Shown here: positions 38,554 to 49,247 of the stretch, piece after piece
Layout: every line of letters begins with the position of its first letter
Numbering within the stretch: the stretch's first letter is position 1
DNA from: Bugula neritina
Lineage: Eukaryota > Animalia > Bryozoa
Direction of reading: 5' to 3'
Length of the DNA: 64,000 bases
Assembly: GCA_964035545.1 (NCBI GenBank)
Contig: OZ037765.1
Span: forward strand, 7,512,698-7,576,697
The notes under the pieces: generated by a model
What the model saw: the letters and a program-made list of their open reading frames with translations, nothing else
The model's database searches: none
Told to the model about the DNA's origin: nothing
Translations under genes and position numbers: made by a program

Positions 38554-40784
38554 AAATACTGCTGTCAAATATGCTGCTTAATATAGTGCAACATTTTCTG
38601 TTTAATAGCTGTGAATCTCTACAATACTGCTTACTTTTTATTATTAAATTATTTAATTTTTTTTTGTAGGTGTTCAAGCTTATTATTTGAATTATATCCA
38701 GCTGTTGCTGGTTAAGCATATACTTTGGTGTTTTTATAATTCTATTTAATAAATATTTATTTTTACACAATACATGCAGTTGTTAAGAATAAATTAACTC
38801 AATTTAAAAATTAAGTGTGATTTATAAAGTTTTCTAAACTCTACTAAGTTAATTTCTGTTTGCATCAAGGATACAATTACACAGTGTTGAACTATTGTTT
38901 CTAACAACATTCAGTAGGCATAAATAAATTTCTTAGCAACTTCTTTTGTACATTTGAGTGGATAACTATTTTGCAAATTTCTCACTTTGCAGGGCTATAA
39001 TAACTTATTGTCAATTGGTTTCTATCTTTAACCAAGGCTCTTTTAATAATGTGTGGCCATGACTGTTGTGTATACTTGTTTAAAATAGTACGTGGATTGC
39101 ATAGGAAATTATTTTAGGTTTGTTATTACCACAAATCTAGTTTAGTTTGAGAAACTTGTAATAGAGCAGACACATAACCTGTGTTGTCAGATTACAAAAT
39201 TTAGTGACTCGCCTTAATTATATGTTGATGCAAAGAATAGATTAATTTTAGAATTGCACGTCCAGCTATTGAAAAAAGCACTGCATGCATGTGTCTTGCA
39301 AGTCTGTGAAGGTCAGCTCCTTAGATGGTGAAAAGAGCTTTATAGTTTGAGTAGTTATTGTGTAGTGCTCAACTTATGTAAATGCTGGTAATTGCAGTGT
39401 TTATTTTTTAATTCTCCATAATCTCCTCTACCATCACATAACAGTTAACAGTTTTGTTAGTGGACAACTACATATATGTTACTATTGTACTGTAAGGAAT
39501 TAGTCTGTAATTACTTGAGTTGTCTAACCATTCATTATACCAGCTTACATTACGGGTGTCACACCTGCCCCTCCCCCCCCCCTTCCTACAGACAAAGAAC
39601 CTCCAGCTATGAACAGAGCTGTGTGATGTATTTTATACTGACAACTTTTCTTACTTGCACTAAGGAACCTATATCTGTACTAACACAGACTAAACAGATT
39701 GCTGGTGTTGTCTCCCCAATTGGATACAGAAATAAGGCAAAATCCTCAACACAACTCAATTATAGATAGGTGATTTCATCATCACCTAGCCCTGGATGTC
39801 AAAAATAATGAAGATTTTTGTTTATGCGTTTATTTCTAATTATTTGCTAGTTTAATAGCAATTAGGTAAGATAGCATATGTTCAAATCACTGGCTTGTTC
39901 TTGGGTCCCTCAGTACTATACTGTGGCAATTAAAATATTATTATTATACAGGACAAAAATTGACTATACATCAAGTACAGCCTTAATTTATTCAGTAGCA
40001 AAGTATAAATATAAGCTAATCTTGCTTGTACACAATTTTGCATTGGCTTTTTGTTTGTTATATTCAGCTGTTTTTTTAACTTTTTATTTTAAGCATCTTT
40101 GGTTAACAGGTCTATAGCTACATCGTCTATAAAACAAATTTTAAGAATATTATAGTAGCGGTGCAACAGTTTTTGCAATACGAATATCTAAAAAAACATA
40201 TAAGACCACCATAAAGCCGAATATATGGCACAGAAAATACATGTTTTATCATTACTTTACATAGGTATATAAAAACTGAGCTAACAAAATATTCTAATAT
40301 TCGTGAAAGTAAAATAATACTATATTACCATTTAACAAAATGGATGAGCAACAAGGATTGAATTTGCCTCTGTGGCTGTTAGAATTTTAACTTATGACAA
40401 TCAACCTGTGGCCATAGTCCAATATTATTGTATGCGACCAACACAGATCACACTGCAAATATCACAAATTATGTTTATATTATGCAAATTAGTTAAATAA
40501 CTATGGTAATTTTATGCATTTGTATTAACCAAATTTTTTGGAACAGCCTTGGTCTGGCTTAGTAACCACAAAGTCAGTGGTCTGCTCCCTCGTAAAGTCA
40601 TTGGTGAAGTTAAAAAAGACATTTGCTCCTTTGCCACAACGGAACAAAATTATCAGTAGGTACCCTACGTCTTTTTCCTTAGGGCTTCTTGCAGGGATGG
40701 AGACTATAAACATATATGAGTTTCTACCTATGTTCTGTGGGCTTTAGGGTTCCTAGTCCTAGTTGGCATTTATAATTTAGGATA

Positions 40785-42378
40785 GGTAGGGAAGAGTGGG
40801 GTAGTTTGAGACAGGTTTTTACAGTTGGCTCTATCCTAAAATCATTTTCATGTATATAAATTAAAACCATCAAAAATTACTGCTATTGCAATTTACTTTC
40901 ATCACCAGAATATTTTTTGTTGTTGCAACTATTGTTTTCACATAAATTAAAGTTGAAATTTTTGTCTCAAATTGCCCCACTATAATTACGGAGGGTAGAT
41001 TGAGACAACATGTATGGGTAAACTAAGACAATGATTTTGTTGATGGGGTAGATTGAGACTAGCTATGAAACATTGACAAGTGGAAATATATATGCTGGTA
41101 GAATGAGACAAGAAGTTTTATTTCAGTTTATTGGCTAATTATGATACAGGTAATTGTACATGTAAATCTTAGTCTATTTATCTCAAGTTCATGTTAACAG
41201 AGAATACCACTGTAGGAAAACTGTAGGTGGACTTTTGCCTTGCTGTTCCTCCAAAAGTGGCTAGCTTTGCAAAATTGCTTTGGTTTGCTGAAGCTCAATC
41301 AAATTAATGCCAGGTATTTGAGGTACTACAAATCTTGTCACGCCTCGTGGACAGTTTAGACTTTCTCATACTGCTGACTACAACACCTTGCTCTTCCTTG
41401 TTTTCTAGCACTTTTGAAACATAATACACTTTTCGGGTTTCATTGAATGTGTACTCTACCAAGCACATCTTCCTGCCATCTCTACATCAGGTATTCTGAC
41501 ATTTTGCCTTCCAGCTGTGAATCGAGAACTCTCTTCTTATATACTGACTTGAATTCTCGATGTCCAGGGTTATCTCTAACCTTTTTCACATAACGTTGAA
41601 GAGTCTGAAATGGGACACCTGTTCTTTCAGACGACTTCCTTAGCGTAAAACCATCCTTCACAACAAGCCCAACGGCTAGCTCCATTGTTGACTCCTCAGT
41701 CCTATCTCGCTTTCTTTTGTAGTTTCTAGGCATAGTGGCTGTATCTAAAAAGTTGAATTTGATAGTAAACATCTAATTTGACTTATTAAGTTATCTAAAT
41801 TTGTTCGGACCAATATGTAATGAGGGCCACATATGTGGGTAGTTTCAGACTCAGCCTTGGGTAATTTCAGACGAAGTCTCAAATTACCCAAATGGGGTAG
41901 AATCAGAAGGAGACAACTCACATATATTACATATATAAGGTGTCCAGTTTGAGCCAAGTCTCAAACTACCCACAATCAATATGTCTCAATCTACCCACTG
42001 GAGCGTAAATGATAGCAGTGAGTTCACACTACTACATGGTCACTGGTGAGAACTAATCGCAGAGCATCCATGATAATTTGACAAGTTGCAGTATACAAAT
42101 AGCTTATTTATTTTCTATAAGGTTTTAACTGATAAACTAGCAAATGCTACAGTTATAAGCTCTTAAAAATTGCTAGGCTCCACCAAAAATATCTTTAAAA
42201 AGTGGTATTGTTGAAATATAAACTTACCTTGGTTTCAGCACATGGACAATTTTCTTACATGAAGTAGTCACAATTTGTACCTCACAAAACAAGGACCATG
42301 TAAGACAACTCTTAATTTCATTCTAAAATCCACTTGTCTCAATCAACCCTAATCTCAATCTGCCCCACTCTCCCCTAC
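40785..42378 (-). mobile_element. Non-autonomous pogo/Tigger-like (Tc1-mariner superfamily) DNA transposon, about 1.6 kb
   Basis: About 25-bp imperfect TIRs (gtagggaagagtggggtagtttgaga / tctcaatctgccccactctcccctac) flanked by TA; many internal ttgagac/gtctcaa subterminal repeats; transposase remnant inside. Confidence 0.88.
41230..41733 (-). pseudogene. Internally deleted transposase pseudogene (N-terminal HTH joined to C-terminal tail)
   Basis: MPRNYKRKRDR..MELAVGLVVKDGFTLRKSSERTGVPFQTLQRYVKK (psq/CENP-B-type HTH), stop at 41482, then frameshifted CLVEYTFNETRKVYYVSKVLE..VSSMRK..FVVPQIP..FGGTARQ; no DDE/DDD domain visible. Confidence 0.8.
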
Positions 42379-42519
42379 TAAATTATGAAGTTTTTTCTTT
42401 ATCATCCAACATGCTTCTGTTTTAAAAGAGCAGTGGCATGCAGATGATTTAATCGTTTTTTTTTTTTCAAAATTTTTTAACACAACTGCAATTCATAAAA
42501 ATAACTAATAATATTATAG

Positions 42520-42880
42520 TGCGGCATTTATTTCGGGCGTAGGCAGTGGAGAGAAAAAAACAGCTTAACGCGCAACCAACGTTACGAGACCAATGGGCCA
42601 ATTAAAATCCAGACTCAACTTTTACCGATATTTCAAATTCTGACCAGCATTGTGAGAATTTTAGAGTCATAGCAAGGTCAGTCGATAGTGCACGTTTTTG
42701 AAAATACTGTAATTGCTGCAAGTTATGAGCCATATCTTATATTTTAGTACTGTTTAAATAAACCACCGATGTTTTTTTAGGTAATCTGTATAATTTTACT
42801 CCTGCGTATAACATTAACAACTTGAACTTAGTCTTACAACAACTACAAGTATAAACCAAAGGCAAAGCTACACGTCGACA
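42520..42880 (+). promoter_or_regulatory. Putative cyclin B promoter and non-coding exon 1
   Basis: CpG-containing patch (tttcgggcg, acgcgc); CCAAT at 42590 and 42598; CHR-like TTTGAA at 42632-42637 (reverse) and 42697-42702; consensus donor gtaagt at 42881; acceptor before the ATG exon at about 44500-44511. Confidence 0.55.
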
Positions 42881-43576
42881 AGTAAGTTAACTTTTTTTAC
42901 CTTACACTTACTGTTAGTGTTACTGACCTAATCTTTTTTCGTAAGTTTGAAAGTAAGAGTAAGTATCCCATCAAGTGTAAATAACATTTACATCGTTATA
43001 GTTGTGCTTATCAAGATGACAGTTGAAGTTACTTTTACTTTTAGTTTTAGTTTTACTTTTCGTTTTAGCAATGCCAATAAGGCATGGGCAATAACTCTAG
43101 CATGAGCCAGCATACTTGCCATATTCAACCAATAAATCATCAAATTTAATCCAAAGCCAATGCCTTCTGGCTTTGAGTTTGCGTATCTTTAAAGTTTGAA
43201 GATTTCAGAATGATGAATTTATTATAATAATGAGTAAATTTGATGCTGATGGCTAACGAGTTATCAATTTTAGTTGTAGTCTTTGAGTTTCAGTTTAACT
43301 TCAACTCTAGTCTATGAGTATGTATTGATAATCCTCATGATAATGATTAAGTAATCCTTATCTCTATTCTAATTCTATCAAACTGAAACTCAAAATGAAT
43401 ATTGTTGTGATTTTGTGGATTATAAGAATAGACTAGTAGTCTGCATGCCAGTTATTGTGATAGAAATAAAGTCTTTGTAAAATATTGATTCTAATAGTCT
43501 TTATTGATGTTTCCTCTGTGAGCTCCAGTGTTAGACTGATTCATACTAGAAAAACTCACGCTTATATACAGAGGGG

Positions 43577-43684
43577 TCCGAAGTTCGTACGAAGTTCGGA
43601 GTTCCGGCGACCGATGTCGGAAATATCCGGTCCGATTTCGGACAGGCTCCTCCGACATCGGTTCCGACTTCGGACGAGCTTCGG
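43577..43684. repeat. GC/CpG-rich nested imperfect palindrome (MITE/foldback-like) in cyclin B intron 1
   Basis: Left arm ccgaagttcgtacgaagttcgga..accgatgtcgga pairs with right arm tccgacatcggttccgacttcggacgagcttcgg; central gtccga-tt-tcggac hairpin. Confidence 0.7.
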
Positions 43685-44517
43685 CTCACATAGTTAATTA
43701 TTTATAAAACAAAAAGAAAAGTGGCAGGGAATACAACTCACAAAAACTATTACAGTAAACAAACAAAAATAATAGAAAGGGCAATTCACAATCATTACGC
43801 TATTTACTACACTAAGAGCTTAGCTATAATTACAATATTTGAGGCATTAGAAAGCTACGCAAGGAGCTTAGCTATAATTACAGCATTTACAGTATTTACA
43901 AAGTTACGCTAAGTCCATTATAATAGTGACGCGATATAATTACTAGAGCGTTAAAATCCATTACAATATGAACTGAGGTTGAATATCGCTCACAATTTAT
44001 TCAGCAAACTGAAACATCAACTGTATGGCAATTTGATAATCATAATGACCATGAATATGATCATTATAATGATGATTTAAAGATAAATGAATATAATTTT
44101 ACGTTTTCATTTGTTTTCATGAAAACACAAAATTATTTTCGTTTGAGTCTCGTTATCGAATATGATGCTCACTCTAATTCTCATTCTGTCTCTTCATCTT
44201 GCCTAGTGTCAGTATAAGATTGAATATCAGTATATGTGGAATACTAATTATAAGACTAATTAAAATTATGTGTAATTGTATTTGTAGTCAATATTTGATT
44301 GAATTTAGCTATAAAAGTTAAAATTGTTGCAATTGCATGATGGCTTTATAGCTTTCGTTTTACTCACTACTGTTTAATCATTCACCTGTACTAGACTACT
44401 AGTACTAAAGTTGTAGCATTACGGTCAGTTGTATGTTTATGCAAGAATTATAATTTATTAATAACTGCTATTTGACTAACAGTTTGTGTTTGTAATTCTA
44501 GTTATTATCAGAAGACA

Positions 44518-47500
44518 ATGGCATCCACCAGTATTAGAGAGAGAATCAGAAGTGTAAGTACCAACTCTAACACAAGGATTTATTGTTCATTGTAGTGCCT
44601 GTGTAGTACAAAGTAATAGTTTTAATGTTTTTGAAAAATGTTTTAAATAAAACTTAATGTAAATTGTGTTTATTTTTTATAAAATAGCTATTATTATAAT
44701 TGTATTGTAATGTGAGCAGTATTTTTATATACACATCATGTATCCGTCATATACCAAATTCAACGCTAACTGAATAAAGCTTTACTGGTACTAACATTCG
44801 TACTGATGCTATCCTTATGGCAATACCATTATACTTATTATAATTCTAAGTCCTTTAGAGTCAGCATTAAAACCTATACTGTATTCAGTATTGTAATAAT
44901 ATTTATATTGTTTCAACTCTTGTGATTGGTGTGTGGTTATAATTAGTTATGATGTTAGCCTCATGTTACTCGTAAAATTATTTGCAGTAATAAATAATCA
45001 TATATTATTCAGACTAAAACTTTCAATTTCTATTAGATTAGCTTTTGTTTTACTAGCTGTTCTTCAGCATTTATCTGCTAGTGAAGACTCTCAATTATTG
45101 TAGACTGCCAGTGAGAATGAACATAAGGTTGGCAAGTCTGTGCTGCCATCTACTCGACAGCCCAGAGGAGCGCTGGGAGATATTGCCAACCGTGCCCAGA
45201 TTTCCCACAGAACAGTAAGGCTGAAGTCCTGTTGCATTTGTATATGTGTAGATAATGTTTGATATTAATCGCTTGTTCTTTTATAATGAGGTCATTACAG
45301 ATCTGTGTATATGTGTTAAATAGACATTTCATAAACCTTGGTGAGCCAATACATGTATAAATTATAACAAAATTGCATGTATATAACCATTGTGCAATAT
45401 TTACATTGTATTGTATCTTTCAGGTCAAAGGTACACTCGCATCCAAGACACAGTCATATGTTACAGTTGTTCCCAAAACTCACACCTCTGCTGTGAAAAA
45501 GGTTGTCTTTTTTAAATTACTAATCTTTAATATGGTCGCTCTTAAAAGGGCGCTTAATTTTCCATGGCTTGTGCACTGCTCTGTAGTTGTCCACATTATT
45601 TGTTTTAGAATAATTGACTGATCTTCATTTGTTATGTCTTCAGAGTTTTTTGCCATAGTACGGCTTGACAATAAAAATTCCTATGAGTTAAGCGCACAAA
45701 GTTTCAAGACTGCATACATTATACAATGTAATATAATCATTTCTAAGGCTGCATGTTGAGGTTAGATAATTAAATTATTGACTTGGGGAGCACATTTAGT
45801 TTAAAGGTCTTTTCTTTTCTAGCCATCTGGGTACCATTTTCTAGAAGATTCTGTAGATTGTTTCAGACTCAGAATATGAGATTAAATGTTAACCACATGC
45901 TACTTTAACCTTTGCAGGTCAACAGTGAGTCAGCTTCACAGCCTAAAGCTAGTGGTCCAGTCACCAAGGTATGTCTTTAAATCCTCTGAATTTTCGCCAA
46001 ATTGTGCATACGGTGCAGTTTGTTTCAAGGGACAACTCAACTGCTTTCTGATCTAGTGATGAAAATTTGGGTGGTGTGGTTGTGTGATGAGTTACGCAGT
46101 CTGTGACCTGTTGTTTGTATATTAAGTGGGTCTCTCAGACTCTCCGTATTCTGGTGCTGTTTGCAGGAATCTGGAGCTACTAAACAGTTAGAGTCTTACA
46201 TCATCGAGGCTCCAGTGAGACCAGCTGATGTGCGAGATATAGATTCAGCGTGTGCAGACAACCCTCAGCTTGTGTCGGAATATATTAATGAAATCTATGT
46301 GTATCTCAGACAGCTAGAGCAGGCACAGTCTATTAAACCAGATTACATGAAAGGTCACTTGCTATAATTAATAATACATTGATTATTGAGCAACTCCTAA
46401 TTTCTTTGTACATTATTTTTGTTTTGCATGGCTGATTAATTGAATTTGTAAAGCTTGTCATGATTTATAGATGGTTAATATGTTGATCAATTTAAAAAGG
46501 GTGGAAAATCACTAACTTTTTTATTTTACGCAATCAAGATTTTGCAAACATGACTCCATTATTTTTTGACCAACTATTGAGTTCTTTTGCAACTCTGAAG
46601 TTTGTTGAAACATTATTGAACATTTTTATGAGTTTTGTGGCGTTTATGTAACCATCCGCCAGCACTTGTGGTGATACAATAATTAAGCAAGTCGTGTACG
46701 GGGTGTCTCACTCTGTTGCTGATTCGCAATGTCATCTTTTATTCAGGTTATACCATCACGTCTCGTATGAGGACTATCCTGATGGACTGGTTAGTGCAGG
46801 TGCACCAAAGGTTCCATCTTCTCCAGGAAACACTCTATCTAACTGTAGCCATTATAGATCGATTTCTTCAGGTAACGTACTGTTTACTTCACATGTTTCG
46901 TTGTTGCATAATACACCGAGTAAGAAGTAAGACGTTTTTTAAATCTTAGCATCTATGCCAATCTCGGTCATCGTGCAACTCAAATTCTGTATGTTTGGCA
47001 TCATTTAGACCTGAGTGTTCTCTGTCACGTGCAGTTTATTACAGCTGTTATTTAACTCGACTAGTTTTTTAATGAAATGTAGAATTGTTTTTGTGAGGCA
47101 TTACAATAAAAAAGAGACATACGCTTATAATAAATATTAACATCTTTTCTGTTTTGTTGCATTCAGTTCGAGGAAGTGAGCAAAAACAAGTTGCAGCTGG
47201 TGGGTGTTACTGCCATGTGGATTGCTAGTAAATATGAAGAGATGTACGCACCTGAGGTAAGACATACACATGCTGGAGAACGTATGCACAATGTTCACCA
47301 AGGGAATCGACACTATTTTATACATCGCTAAAAATTACTTCTTATATTTTCTTCTCCATATACTCTGTTCTATTTTGTTGTTAACATTAATAAACTATAG
47401 TGCCAGCACTTGGTAATACAGGTGTAGATCAACTATTTGGAATACATTTACAGATAGCAGATTTTGTATATATAACTGACGATACATATACGAAAAGTAC

Positions 47501-48416
47501 CATCCGGCAAATGGAGAGAATCATGCTAAACAGGCTGGACTTCAACCTTGGTCGGCCATTACCTCTCCATTTTCTCAGGAGATACAGCAAAGCGGCAGAT
47601 GTGAGTAGACCTGTGTATATTGCTTATTGCTAGCTCGGTGTTGAGTCGGTCAGCGGTTCTTGGCAAATACTTGTCACTACGACATTTACGGCGCTTGTAA
47701 ACATGCAATACGCAATAAACATGTGACCATTATACATTACTTGTATATCCTCTCTGAATCTCATTCAAGGTGGATTCCATGAAACACACTCTGGCCAAGT
47801 ACCTGCTCGAGCTGTCCATCCTCGACTATCAACTCGTACATGTCAACCCATCTGAGGTGTCCGCAGCCAGTCTCTGTCTCTCCATCAAGTTGCTGGATGC
47901 AGACTGTGAGGAAGAGGAGGACTGGGACAGCACGGCTCAGTTCTACAGCACCTATACCGAGCAGCAGCTGGAGCCTACCATGTGTCGTCTTGCACTTCTC
48001 GTGTGGAAATCTGTGTCTTCCAAGCAGCAGGTAAAGCTCTCCTACCCTCTACTTTGTGAATATTCAGTTGTGGTTTTGCATTTGTAGTGTTTATGTTTTT
48101 TTCTCATCTTGATGTGAATGTGTGGTTTGATATTTCAGCCATCTCTCCTATACTTATTGCATGCAAGCACTCATATCCTGTGTTGAACATTACTCTATCT
48201 TCATTATATTACTAAATAAGGTTGCATACTCATGAATGCACCAAATCATTGGCTGCTAAAGACCATTTCTCACACGCTGTTGCACATGTCTGGTGGTTGT
48301 AGGCGGTGAGGTTAAAGTATCAACATGCAAAGTTCATGAAAATCAGTCTGATAGAGGAGTTACAGTCGTCCATCATAGAGGACTATGCACAGAGAGCTGT
48401 GGAGACGGGCTCTTAG
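44518..48416 (+). CDS. CCNB: G2/mitotic-specific cyclin B, 10 coding exons
   Basis: Exons approx. 44518-44553, 45104-45214, 45424-45501, 45918-45968, 46167-46353, 46747-46871, 47167-47256, 47454-47600, 47770-48030, 48303-48416. Destruction box RGALGDIAN; [21 protein letters not shown]; cyclin box [21 protein letters not shown]; [23 protein letters not shown]; B-type [16 protein letters not shown] and [11 protein letters not shown]. Confidence 0.97.
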
Positions 48417-48830
48417 GAATCGTCCCCTTATTCTCCTTTTATTAGTAGTTCCTAAAATATTGGCTTATTGCATTCACTTTATATAAGCATATTAAATATT
48501 AGGTATATTTCACTTTTCTTGTACCACAGTATATTTGGTTATAATATGATGGATGAGTAACTTAGCATCTCTCTCACATGGCCCTAGTATTTTATCCTTT
48601 TTATGCAACTATTTTATCTCAGCATTTTTATCAAAATTTTACATTATTTAGTCCAAATCCATTTTGTGGGTTCTGTAATACATTTATGCCTATGATTTTA
48701 GTTTGGAAATTTGTCTTTATTTTGAATCATTGCTTAGTATTGCAATAATTTTACCCACATAATATCTTCATTTCATTGTAACTCTTGCTGAGATATGTTG
48801 TTATCACTGTAGTATAACTAATAAATAAAT
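48417..48830 (+). promoter_or_regulatory. Cyclin B 3' UTR with clustered CPE-like elements and poly(A) signal
   Basis: TTTTAT at 48437, 48590, 48599, 48612 and 48626; overlapping AATAAA at 48820 and 48824. Confidence 0.55.
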
Positions 48831-49247
48831 TGTATGGTTTAGTCACGTTCTATATTATTCACAGCAGCTGCCTTGCAATATTATATAATGTTTGGATATA
48901 AAAGGGCTTTGATTGCATTGTAAGTTCACACAATGAGAATAAAAGATGTTCTGCTGCCTCTCAAGAAACAAGATAGAGTTACTGTGAATCCACATGCTAA
49001 TTGCCGTTTGCCTATACACTTAACAACAAATTGATCAAAGTTTACTGGTAGATTTACACATACTAATTAAGCCCAAAGTAGATGTTTAATTCACCCAAGA
49101 GATAATAAATATAATTAGCAACGATTGTCAGGATGCGGTGATGTCAATGCTTTCAACTCCTTTCTTCCACTGTCTACTTTAATAATTATTACTTAGTTCC
49201 AAGTCACCAGAAGCACAATTTCAGTCTTATAGACAGTGATCAGCACA

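Noticed and set aside
43485-43697. 70-aa Arg/Ser-rich ORF
   Set aside because: By-product of the GC-rich palindrome within the inferred cyclin B intron 1
46055-46150. Intronic snoRNA candidate (two gtgatga C-box-like motifs) in cyclin B
   Set aside because: No properly placed CTGA D box or terminal stem
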